Of a DNA stretch of 28,216 nt, positions 18,601 through 25,693 are shown in pieces (positions within the stretch are counted from its first letter, which is position 1; each line of letters opens with the position of its first letter). Made by a program: the position numbers and the translations under genes. The notes beneath the pieces are model-generated. The model was not told the origin of the DNA. It saw only the letters and a list, made by a program, of their open reading frames with translations, and searched no databases. The DNA is from Gammaproteobacteria bacterium (GTDB lineage Bacteria > Pseudomonadota > Gammaproteobacteria > Pseudomonadales > GM7GCV1): NCBI GenBank assembly GCA_030830945.1, contig JAURLY010000234.1, forward strand, positions 1 through 28,216. Direction: 5' to 3'.

Positions 18601-20318
18601 GTGACTTTGTTCGTCTCATGGGCGCTGACCATGTACTTGACTCACGAAGCTTAAATTTTGCCGATGACATTATGGCGCTCACAGATGGAGAAGGCGTTGA
18701 TGTTGTGCTCAACTCATTAGCCGGCGAGGCAATCAATAAGAACCTTAAAATTCTGCGCCCATTTGGTCGATTCCTTGAGCTCGGAAAACGAGATTTTTAC
18801 GAGAATTCGAGGATCGGGTTACGCCCATTCCGCAATAACATCTCTTATTTCGGCATAGATGCAGATCAATTAATGGTGGAAAAACCCGCACTTGCTGAAC
18901 GGGTATTCAAAGAACTGATGTCGATTTTTGAAGAAGGCGCTCTGCGCCCACTTCCTTACCGAGTGTTTAATGCCACACGAGCCGAGGAAGCTTTCCGCTA
19001 TATGCAACAGGCACGCCAGATTGGCAAAATCCTGATCAACTATGAAGACCTGCCTAAGGTTAAATGCCCAGTAAAAGAACAGCGTGACAGTCTCCAACTT
19101 GATCCCGAAGCGACCTATCTGGTTACTGGAGGTTTGGGTGGATTTGGTTTGGAAACGGCAAAGTTTCTGGCAAGCAAGGGTGCCAAACATTTAACCCTCA
19201 TAAGTCGTTCCGGAACTTCACCGGAAAGTTCTATCGCGTCCTTCAATGAATTATCCCAGATGGATATTGAATTGAGCTGTCACTCCATTGATGTCACTAA
19301 TCATGAACAGTTATCCGAGCTATTTGAAGATTTTGGCTCTTCTTTGCCCCCTCTGAAAGGAATTGTTCATGCCGCTACCGTATTCGATGATGGACTATTG
19401 CAAAACCTGGATGCAACTCGCATGCGCAATGTCCTTGACCCTAAAGTCATAGGTGGATGGAATTTGCACGAACTAAGCAAACCTCTCGACCTGGACATGT
19501 TCATTGTCTACAGCTCGGTAACTACCTATTTTGGCAACCCAGGCCAAGGCAACTACGTTGCTGCAAACAGCGCGTTGGAAGGTCTGGTGGAGCTGCGAAA
19601 AAATCAGGGGTTAAAGGGTTTGTTCGTCGCGTGGGGCGCCATCAATGATGCAGGCTTCCTTACCAGAAACGAAGATGTAAAAGATGCTTTACAAGCCCGA
19701 CTGGGTGGTTCTTCTCTAACATCCAAACATGCGCTATCAATTTTGGAAGAATTACTTTTAAGTGATCGCACAGGTTGTGCCGTAATGGATATTAACTGGG
19801 GACCAATGAAGCGTTTTCTACCCATATCCAGCTCTAATCAATACCGCATCCTCAACTGGCAGGCTGCCAGACAAGGTGGCGACGATGATCAGGGAGAAGA
19901 TATCCGCGAATTGCTCAAAGGATTGGACCATGAAGACGCGCTGGCGAAGGTAGCGGAATTACTTTCACGAGAAATTGGACATATCCTGCGAATACCTGCC
20001 GACAAACTTGATCAGCAGACGTCTGTTTTCGATCTAGGCATGGATTCACTCATGGGAGTGGAACTGGCTATGGCCGTTGAAAAACGTTTCAACGTGAATA
20101 TGCCGGCTATGGCACTTTCTGAGGGTCCTTCAATCCTGCGACTATCGGAGCGCATAATTCAGAAGCTCATGGGTGCCGAAATCGAGCAGGAAGACAACCA
20201 AGATAAAGACAGCGTTCGACGACTTGCCAATGTCCACAACGAGAACCTCGGTGAAGAAGGACTGGAAGAGTTGAGCAACAAAATGAAGTCCTCTGACAAA
20301 AACAGCAGTATTCTGTAA
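12696..20318 (+). CDS. wcbR: Highly reducing type I polyketide synthase, WcbR/RkpA type (KS-AT-DH-degenerate MT-ER-KR-ACP)
   Basis: KS: MDPQQRLLL, DTACSSS (C177), EAHGTGT, KTNVGH. AT: GHSVG (S626), YAFH (728-731). DH: DHVVGNGEVMP (H928). MT-like: VLHLGNGQG. ER: IHGGAGGVG, GRFLELGK. KR: TGGLGGFG, VFDD, GNYVAAN (Y2287). ACP: LGMDSL (S2451). No TE or reductase release domain. Confidence 0.95.
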   Translation: MPNKKQRIAIVGMAFRFPGDIDNQEKFWSALTKKQDLVTEIGADRWDSSILKHSRKSEAGKSYVFSAGQLKRIQEFDAQFFGISPREAGQMDPQQRLLLELSWEAMENAAVNPETLEGSDTAVYVGIASTDYAQRRMDDFSSADAYSMTGSTASIASNRISYIFDLHGPSMSIDTACSSSLVALHQACNSIWKGEASKALVGGVNLLLHPFGFVGFSKASMLSASGRCRAFDAGGDGYVRSEGCAVLYLKPLEQAEKDGDRIHAVIVNTGVNSDGRTNGITMPSFDGQSALLKKVYEEAGINVNEIDYIEAHGTGTAVGDPIEATAIGETLAKLRSHKHFLPIGSVKTNVGHMETASGMAGIVKAILCLKHRAIPPNLHFDVPNPNIDFDGLNISVVDQMSEFPESDKNLIAGVNSFGFGGANSHAILEEYRDTQARSSDIPDDIEAPPLFLSAASPAALKQMAEQYADFLRTNSAWYYDIAYQLAHKRAHLNNGLAVKAKSVSGLIRSLRSYIEGEENSAVVTQTLVEKKAVVAFIYSGNGSQWLGMGRDLFAADELFAEKLGEVDELLKEHVDYSIIEELHAEPENSRFHLTEIAQPALFAIQVGITEWLADQGIKPKAVAGHSVGEVTAAWAAGALTLKQATHLIVERSAAQGLTRGTGRMSAMGLGQEKAVSLIDELGLKGQVEIAGVNSTKSVTLAGSLPALQKLESAAGQRDVFYRILDLDYAFHSKYMDPVKDRLLTSLESLRPGQTSVPMYSTVIGKKIDGKKFTAQYWWENVRRPVAFGKAVDAMIEDGIHVFMDVGPHPIMRGYLNECLRNANIRGLVSPTLMRKSDEVQDIQRALLSVHLAGAYMDLDRHFPVPGTHIELPTYPWQHQGYWHEVTDEGYNLTGRRVEHPLLGYRLKPGLPQWEIHLDCETVPYLADHVVGNGEVMPAAAYVEMALAAAKIWYQEDSFHELEDLEIRSPMLFEADQLRTLRFELSEASGHFVIKSRLRLTDDAWTEHVVGRVLHHSSAPNDSSQAIQFSKNPEGKTLSGQEHYQIAAELGLKYGPCFQGIEQVWVSGNSAVASVTTPDGINDRFEQHVLHPCYLDSCFQVLVGLMSNQFSGDKASAMIPVRIGRLRTYSTGKINWFSAQITRQSPLSVLADFQLFDVNGELVARAEDCRFRAVNFAQDAHETGIYEYLLQPKSNAYSANSSEALDTKNLAKTAENILNGEAQVKRRQTLYSEVVPLLDTLIACYAYEALNHFAENQDLELDSLFSDHGVEPRHQYLVSRLLQILEEQSWATKQDDNSWKLAPSEEIPDSQSVWLTLIGDYPGLMPEVLLAGRAGTNLSDLLSGKRKVEDFIKPGKSSGLKDHMADTALSIKGTMDSLVDVLGQWTSQREQYFRVLHLGNGQGKLCQRIIKMLPVNSDYHYLHADAEVCGKVEALIEDYPQAQVSQIDFESADDWNEFTDQQAPFDLVIVNETLHAHTHPDRLLQTLRSAMSAESLLLCMEKNPSRLGDITFGLDDDYWHRTTNPENPTPLRLHVNKWASLTQSAGFTDTQAISDDPDKISGSYLLLARNEAAPEVLVTEKRWLIVTDSTANANSLTHTLAEQLPANIHATYLSHQAGCNKLETPDEGQNILDLVNGNFSENLDKLELTQIDSVLFLCGLNTRHSELGDSLNLRTVAALNIAKLINTVTENRPSLRLVTLGGSTASVGKKHLADAALWGLGRVIRNEIADIDCSQIDLADDKPESLLPTLITELQHPNNDREIVLEKTQRYVLEMQSRPIKKGQEEDWNGPIKLDFSDPGLLKNLQWVPLKDQSPGNGELKIRPMASGLNFRDVMYAMGLLSDEAVESGFSGPTLGMEFAGEVEAVGKEVTGFSVGDRVMGFGPACFSTQLITKATAVAHIPQTWLFEEAATIPTTFFTAYYALDHLARLQEGERILIHGGAGGVGIAAIQLAHYLGAEVFVTAGSDEKRDFVRLMGADHVLDSRSLNFADDIMALTDGEGVDVVLNSLAGEAINKNLKILRPFGRFLELGKRDFYENSRIGLRPFRNNISYFGIDADQLMVEKPALAERVFKELMSIFEEGALRPLPYRVFNATRAEEAFRYMQQARQIGKILINYEDLPKVKCPVKEQRDSLQLDPEATYLVTGGLGGFGLETAKFLASKGAKHLTLISRSGTSPESSIASFNELSQMDIELSCHSIDVTNHEQLSELFEDFGSSLPPLKGIVHAATVFDDGLLQNLDATRMRNVLDPKVIGGWNLHELSKPLDLDMFIVYSSVTTYFGNPGQGNYVAANSALEGLVELRKNQGLKGLFVAWGAINDAGFLTRNEDVKDALQARLGGSSLTSKHALSILEELLLSDRTGCAVMDINWGPMKRFLPISSSNQYRILNWQAARQGGDDDQGEDIRELLKGLDHEDALAKVAELLSREIGHILRIPADKLDQQTSVFDLGMDSLMGVELAMAVEKRFNVNMPAMALSEGPSILRLSERIIQKLMGAEIEQEDNQDKDSVRRLANVHNENLGEEGLEELSNKMKSSDKNSSIL

Positions 20319-20339
20319 CAGGAATTTAAGGCCTAAAGA

Positions 20340-21701
20340 ATGAGCAAAGAAAAAAAATCGCTATTCGGCCTCTCGGGCCAGGCCAAGGAACGCCTGATTC
20401 AGGCGGCTCTGGATAAGCGAAGTGAGTCTTCAGGGAGACAACAACCAGAAGATGATGCTCATTCCAGGTTTTCCAGTGAACGTCGACTAAAGATTGACCC
20501 TTCGCTCTGTCGTTTCGACAGTTATCCTAATTACAAGGATATGCTGATCCAGAAAGCGGCATCTGAACAACTTGGATTAGAAAACCCCTTTTTTAGAGTC
20601 CATGAGGGCATTGCAGCAGACACTTCGGTCGTCAATGGTAAGGAATGCATTAACTTCAGCAGCTATAACTATTTGGGGCTCAGTGGAGATCCCCGAGTTA
20701 TGGATGCAGCCAAGAAAGCCATTGATCAATACGGAACTTCTGCCTCTGCCAGCCGCCCAGTATCCGGGGAACGGCCAGTTCAAAGGCAATTAGAGCAAAA
20801 ACTTGCAGAGTTATATGGAACTGAGGATTGTGTCGTTTTTGTCAGCGGACATGCAACTAACGTCTCAACCATCGGTTACCTTTTTGGCCCTAACGACCTG
20901 ATTATCCACGACTCGTTGATACACAATAGCGTGCTGATGGGCATTCAGCTCTCTGGCGCTTTTAGGTTGTCTTTTCCTCATAATGACTGGAAAGCCCTCG
21001 ACCGAATTCTTTCCGAACGCCGCAAAGATTATCAACGGGTACTGATTGTTACGGAAGGCATCTACAGCATGGATGGCGACTTCCCCGACCTTCCCAAATT
21101 CATCGATATCAAAAAACGCCACAAGGCATTCTTGATGGTGGATGAAGCTCACTCTCTGGGGATTATGGGGGAACGCGGCAAGGGGATAGCCGAGCACTTT
21201 GGGATTTCCGGAAACGATGTAGATATCTGGATGGGAACACTCAGTAAAACCTTGGGAAGTTGTGGTGGCTACATTGCAGGAGAAACAGCACTGGTGAACC
21301 ATCTTAAATTCGCAGCGCCGGGTTTTCTTTACAGTGTCGGTATCTCACCGCCTCTTGCAGCGGCATCGCTCAAGGCTCTGGAGATACTGGAGCAGGAGCC
21401 ACATCGAGTTCGCCACATTCAACACAATGGCGAATTTTTCAAAAAACGCGCTGATGAGGCCGGTCTGGATACAGGTTTAAGCATGGGTTTATCCATTACA
21501 CCCTTAATCATAGGCAGTTCCATTAAAGCAACGCGCTTGTCCAACCTGCTCTTTGAAAAGGGTATCAATGTACAACCAATTATTTATCCTGCGGTCGAAG
21601 AACGCGCCGCTCGTTTACGATTCTTTATTTGCGCCAGTCATACTGAAGAACAAATAGAATCCACAGTCAAAATCGTTCAAGATCAACTGGCAAAAATTTA
21701 G
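20340..21701 (+). CDS. wcbT: PLP-dependent alpha-oxoamine synthase (BioF/SPT family), WcbT/RkpG type
   Basis: NFSSYNYLGL, GTSASASR, FVSGHATN, HDSLIHNS, FPHND, EGIYSMDGD, VDEAHSLG, GTLSKTLGSCGGY (PLP K303), RLRFF. Starts 21 nt after the PKS stop. Confidence 0.92.
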   Translation: MSKEKKSLFGLSGQAKERLIQAALDKRSESSGRQQPEDDAHSRFSSERRLKIDPSLCRFDSYPNYKDMLIQKAASEQLGLENPFFRVHEGIAADTSVVNGKECINFSSYNYLGLSGDPRVMDAAKKAIDQYGTSASASRPVSGERPVQRQLEQKLAELYGTEDCVVFVSGHATNVSTIGYLFGPNDLIIHDSLIHNSVLMGIQLSGAFRLSFPHNDWKALDRILSERRKDYQRVLIVTEGIYSMDGDFPDLPKFIDIKKRHKAFLMVDEAHSLGIMGERGKGIAEHFGISGNDVDIWMGTLSKTLGSCGGYIAGETALVNHLKFAAPGFLYSVGISPPLAAASLKALEILEQEPHRVRHIQHNGEFFKKRADEAGLDTGLSMGLSITPLIIGSSIKATRLSNLLFEKGINVQPIIYPAVEERAARLRFFICASHTEEQIESTVKIVQDQLAKI

Positions 21702-21725
21702 GGCTAGTCCCGAGGATAGGCAGCT

Positions 21726-22529
21726 GTGACCAAAGCTCGTGTGCTGCTTTGCACCAGCGGTGGCATTTGTGCCACTTTGAGTCTCCAGGCTTTACTGGCA
21801 ATTGATGAGGTAGCCGTCGCGGGCGTATTTCTTTCGACCCGTGCTCGCACAAAAAACGGCAGTTTTACCGGTGATGTGCTTCGAATCATTCGCACTTCCG
21901 GCCTCAGTTACGCTAGTTATCTGGCTATGGGAACAACCATTTTTGACTGCTTTCGTTTACCCGGAACGTTGCCCACAGTAAATAAGCTGGCCAAGCTGCA
22001 CAAAATCCCTTTTTTCTGCTCAAATGATATCAACTCTACTGATTCGCACACCTGGTTGTCGAAACAATTCCCGGATATTCTGTTATCGAGCTTTTTTAAC
22101 TTGAAACTCTCACCCGCCACAATAGCTATTCCCTCGCAGACTGCTATTAACTTACATCCGGCCCTTTTACCCGCCTATAAAGGCGTCGACCCTGTTTTCT
22201 ATTATTTTTCGAATAACGAAAATATTTTTGGGGTCAGTCTGCACAAAATAGCGGAAGAATTTGATACTGGAGAAATAATCGCACAAAAAAGCATGTCTAA
22301 AAATCCGGACAAAAGTGTTTTTTGGCACAACATCGAACTGTTTCGCCATGGCCTAGAACTTTTTCACGCATGGATATCTTCCCCATCGCCAGCTACAAAC
22401 ATCGAAAATACAGATATCAACGATCAATATGATTCATGGCCATCACCAGATCAGGTAAAAAAACTAGGCCATCCTCTCTACAGTTTTTCTGACTTTCTGG
22501 AACAAAGCAGAAGACCTTTTGGATTATGA
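21726..22529 (+). CDS. N10-formyl-THF-dependent formyltransferase (Formyl_trans_N domain only)
   Basis: AINLHPALLPAYKGVDP (N-x-H and LLPxYKG motif), GVSLHKIAEEFDTGEII (catalytic Asp). At 267 aa it is shorter than a full methionyl-tRNA Fmt. GTG start. Confidence 0.85.
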   Translation: MTKARVLLCTSGGICATLSLQALLAIDEVAVAGVFLSTRARTKNGSFTGDVLRIIRTSGLSYASYLAMGTTIFDCFRLPGTLPTVNKLAKLHKIPFFCSNDINSTDSHTWLSKQFPDILLSSFFNLKLSPATIAIPSQTAINLHPALLPAYKGVDPVFYYFSNNENIFGVSLHKIAEEFDTGEIIAQKSMSKNPDKSVFWHNIELFRHGLELFHAWISSPSPATNIENTDINDQYDSWPSPDQVKKLGHPLYSFSDFLEQSRRPFGL

Positions 22530-22535
22530 TAATCC
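22521..22535. repeat. Perfect 7-1-7 palindrome GGATTAT-G-ATAATCC on the overlapping stop codons
   Basis: Read directly. It spans TGA (22527-22529) of the formyltransferase and TAA (22526-22524) of the dioxygenase. Confidence 0.85.
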
Positions 22536-23510
22536 GGTTCGACTAACGGCTTTTGGTCGTCGCCTGATAGTGCTTATTGACCTGTTTAACGCAAGGCGGT
22601 CTAACCATCGCCACCCTGGAATAGGCAAAAGCAGAAAGGGATTTATTCGATTACTAAACGCCATGGATAGCCGGGTGCTATTCGCCGAGGCTTCTCCCCG
22701 ACGATGAAAACCAAAAGTATCGGCAACAACCAAGGTATTCGCCTTGACTTCCAATGATCGAATCGGCCCATAACCCAGAGCTTCAATTTCGGAATCATCG
22801 ACTCTCAATGAACCACGACGGGCATAGGTCGCGCCCTCCTCTTTTACACCCAAACTTTGACGATACTCCCACATCAAACGTTTCCAGGTAAGCCGATTGG
22901 AACCCTGTACAAATTCGAAAGGCCCCTTGCTCGAGTCGACATCCTCCAGAAATAACCAGGCTTTCATGGTCGGGTGAAAGGTGTCCGAATGAAAATACTT
23001 TTGGGGGTCACCCTGCCGGCTTCCTCCCACATTAACCACCCTGAGAAAATCCATCCAGGGAGATAAACCACAGGCAGCCACATATTTCATTAAACGATTC
23101 AAAGAATCGTTATGCGCCAGTTTTTTGCATGCAGGCAGCAACTGCTGCCGTTTAGAGTCGAGATATACGAATTCAGTAGTGGTATCACCCTGCACGAAAT
23201 ATCGAACTTCTGGCCATTCCGAATTAGCTTCTTGCTGCAATGCGAGAAAGTGCTCATTTGGCACAGCGTTTTCCAAAATAACAAAACCGTTCTGGCGAAA
23301 CTGATTTTTCATATCCGCCGGCAATCGCCAACCAAGGATAAATCGGCGAACACCGGTTAAACTATGCGCCAGAAGAACTCGCAATACATGCAAACCCAAT
23401 CGATTGAGCAAATGGTTGCCAATAACCGGGTTGGCTTCAAAGGATTTTGCTTCGGTAAATATTTCCAGAAACCAAACGGGATACCGAAACATGTTCGAAG
23501 TTTTTTTCAT
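22524..23510 (-). CDS. Second PhyH-family Fe(II)/2-oxoglutarate dioxygenase
   Basis: PQKYFHSDTFHPTMKAWLFLEDV (HxD), GPFEFVQGSNR, VVADTFGFHRRG (distal His), RLSMAF. The start may be 23510 or 23492. Confidence 0.85.
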   Translation of the reverse strand: MKKTSNMFRYPVWFLEIFTEAKSFEANPVIGNHLLNRLGLHVLRVLLAHSLTGVRRFILGWRLPADMKNQFRQNGFVILENAVPNEHFLALQQEANSEWPEVRYFVQGDTTTEFVYLDSKRQQLLPACKKLAHNDSLNRLMKYVAACGLSPWMDFLRVVNVGGSRQGDPQKYFHSDTFHPTMKAWLFLEDVDSSKGPFEFVQGSNRLTWKRLMWEYRQSLGVKEEGATYARRGSLRVDDSEIEALGYGPIRSLEVKANTLVVADTFGFHRRGEASANSTRLSMAFSNRINPFLLLPIPGWRWLDRLALNRSISTIRRRPKAVSRTGLS

Positions 23511-23596
23511 GAGTTAAGGTTATATGTTGATCATCGCAATCATACCAATTTCATTAGACTGTTTATGCCATTCCTTGGCCTCTATGGAAACGCCTG

Positions 23597-25687
23597 GTGA
23601 CTGATATTCCAGAAAAAAAATATAACTCTGCACTCTGTTTATCTGACGGGATAGCATCAGTACCTAATCTGGCATTTTTTACCGGGGCAAACAAACATCG
23701 CTCTACCCGCGGTCTTAATTTTCCCTGGCAACTCGGCAATGCTGACCTGATTGTCGACTGGGGCAATAAAAGGCTGGATTTTTGCCAGAAACTTGTCGAC
23801 AAACAACAGGTCGATATTCTTCGTCTGGAGGATGGATTCATTCGTTCTCTTGGCCTGGGCGTCGAGGGCAGTCGGTCATTTTCAATTGTCAGCGACTGGA
23901 GTGGTATATATTACGATGCTCGCAAGGCGTCAGATTTAGAGAAAATCCTGAATGGCCAACATGTGCTTTCCCACAGGTTATCTGGATTACACCAGCGCGC
24001 CAAATCCTGTATTGATCTAATCCGGAAGCATCAGCTATCGAAATATAACCACGCTCCAAGTCTTGATCTGGGAACCCGCAAAGGACTACGAATTCTACTG
24101 GTAGATCAAACGGCCAACGACCTGTCTATCTCTGGGGGATTGGCATCAAAGCAAAGCTTTGAGCAGATGCTGCAAGATGCCTTGACCGAAAATGATTCAG
24201 AAATCTTCATTAAAACTCACCCAGATGTTCTTTGCGGCAAGAAACAAGGCTATCTCACTAATCAAAAATTACCAAAAAATGTCCGAATAATTGGCAAAAA
24301 CTGCAACCCTCTCAATTTGATAGAACAAGTAGACGAGGTTTGGTGCGTCACTTCCCAAATGGGCTTTGAGGCCTGTATGGCCAGAAAAAAAGTACGCTGC
24401 TACGGCATGCCTTTTTATGCCGGATGGGGCGTAACCGAAGACCAGATAAAACTGGATCGAAGGACAGAAAGGCGCTCACTGGAAGAAATTTTTATCGCCG
24501 CTTATTTACTCTACAGCACCTATTTCGATCCTGACACGGGTGAGATCTGCGATTTAGAAATCGTCATTGATCACATTGCACGGCAAAAGCATTACTGGGG
24601 ACAAAACCGTGGGCATTTTATTTGCCTGGGTTTTGACGCCTGGAAGCACACTTACGTACGGGATTATTTGCGCAGTGATGACAACAGAATTACATTCAAG
24701 AAAAAACTAAGTAATACCGACGTTAAAAGCCAGCCTCGCATACTGGTTTGGGGCATTAATGCCGACAAGGGTTCCCTGAAGTTAGCCCATCGTCACGGGC
24801 TTCCTATTGCCACCATGGAAGATGGGTTTATTCGATCTGTAAACCTGGGAAAGTATGGAACTGCGCCTCGATCTCTGGTGATTGATCAACAGGGGATATA
24901 CTTCGACCCGGAATCAAACTCCGATCTGGAAAAAATCCTTTCTTCAGATACTTTCTCCGAAGATGAGCTGAGGCAAGCCAAATCGTTGATTAAGACGATT
25001 ATTGAAGGCGGCTTAAGCAAATATAATGTCGGCGAGATTGTCCCGATAAGCGTAAACAACCAGCCCCAGCAGAAATTGATTCTCGTCCCGGGGCAAGTGG
25101 GAATCGACGCGTCGATTGCCAAGGGCTGTGACCAAATACATACCAACATGGCACTTTTGGCGGAAGTTCGCAGGCTTAACCCCGATGCATTTATTTTATT
25201 CAAACCCCACCCGGATATCGTTTCCGGAAATATCAATGAATACGGCAACTATGCAGAATATGCCGATCAGATTGAGCCATATGCGCATATTCATGCCTGT
25301 TTAAGTATTGCCGACGAGATACACACCATGACATCACTGGTGGGCTTTGAGGCGCTGATAAGACAAATTCCCACAACTACTTATGGTCGCCCCTTTTACG
25401 CTGGCTGGGGGCTGACAAGGGACTTAACCACAAAAAAGATGCCTAATCGGGATCGACAACTTAACCTCGAACAGCTGGTCGCGGGGGTCTATGTGAAATA
25501 TCCAAGATACATCAATCCTGCTACAGGCGAATTCACTTCAGCGATTCGATCAGTGCAGGGATTACAGAAAGAATTATCAGAGAAGGGTGTCACCCGAATA
25601 AGTAGCTCACTATTCAATCGCTGGTATCTTAAAGTTCGTTACGGAGGCTGGGGAATGTTAAAAACACTGCTTTCTAAAAATCGATAG
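23597..25687 (+). CDS. kpsC: Capsule linker beta-Kdo transferase KpsC (two GT107 domains; WcbA/RkpZ-like)
   Basis: Duplicated motifs EDGFIRS, YYDARKASDLE / YFDPESNSDLE, SKYN (twice), GQV..DAS, KTHPD / KPHPD, TSQMGFEA / TSLVGFEA, YGMPFYAGWG / YGRPFYAGWG. GTG start. Confidence 0.93.
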   Translation: MTDIPEKKYNSALCLSDGIASVPNLAFFTGANKHRSTRGLNFPWQLGNADLIVDWGNKRLDFCQKLVDKQQVDILRLEDGFIRSLGLGVEGSRSFSIVSDWSGIYYDARKASDLEKILNGQHVLSHRLSGLHQRAKSCIDLIRKHQLSKYNHAPSLDLGTRKGLRILLVDQTANDLSISGGLASKQSFEQMLQDALTENDSEIFIKTHPDVLCGKKQGYLTNQKLPKNVRIIGKNCNPLNLIEQVDEVWCVTSQMGFEACMARKKVRCYGMPFYAGWGVTEDQIKLDRRTERRSLEEIFIAAYLLYSTYFDPDTGEICDLEIVIDHIARQKHYWGQNRGHFICLGFDAWKHTYVRDYLRSDDNRITFKKKLSNTDVKSQPRILVWGINADKGSLKLAHRHGLPIATMEDGFIRSVNLGKYGTAPRSLVIDQQGIYFDPESNSDLEKILSSDTFSEDELRQAKSLIKTIIEGGLSKYNVGEIVPISVNNQPQQKLILVPGQVGIDASIAKGCDQIHTNMALLAEVRRLNPDAFILFKPHPDIVSGNINEYGNYAEYADQIEPYAHIHACLSIADEIHTMTSLVGFEALIRQIPTTTYGRPFYAGWGLTRDLTTKKMPNRDRQLNLEQLVAGVYVKYPRYINPATGEFTSAIRSVQGLQKELSEKGVTRISSSLFNRWYLKVRYGGWGMLKTLLSKNR

Positions 25688-25693
25688 ATGCGA

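Noticed and set aside
20340-21701. Annotation as biotin synthesis bioF
   Set aside because: No other bio genes are nearby, and it has a long N-terminal extension and directly follows a TE-less PKS, matching WcbT/RkpG.
21726-22529. Annotation as methionyl-tRNA formyltransferase fmt or purN
   Set aside because: It lacks the Fmt C-terminal domain and the def/pur gene context.
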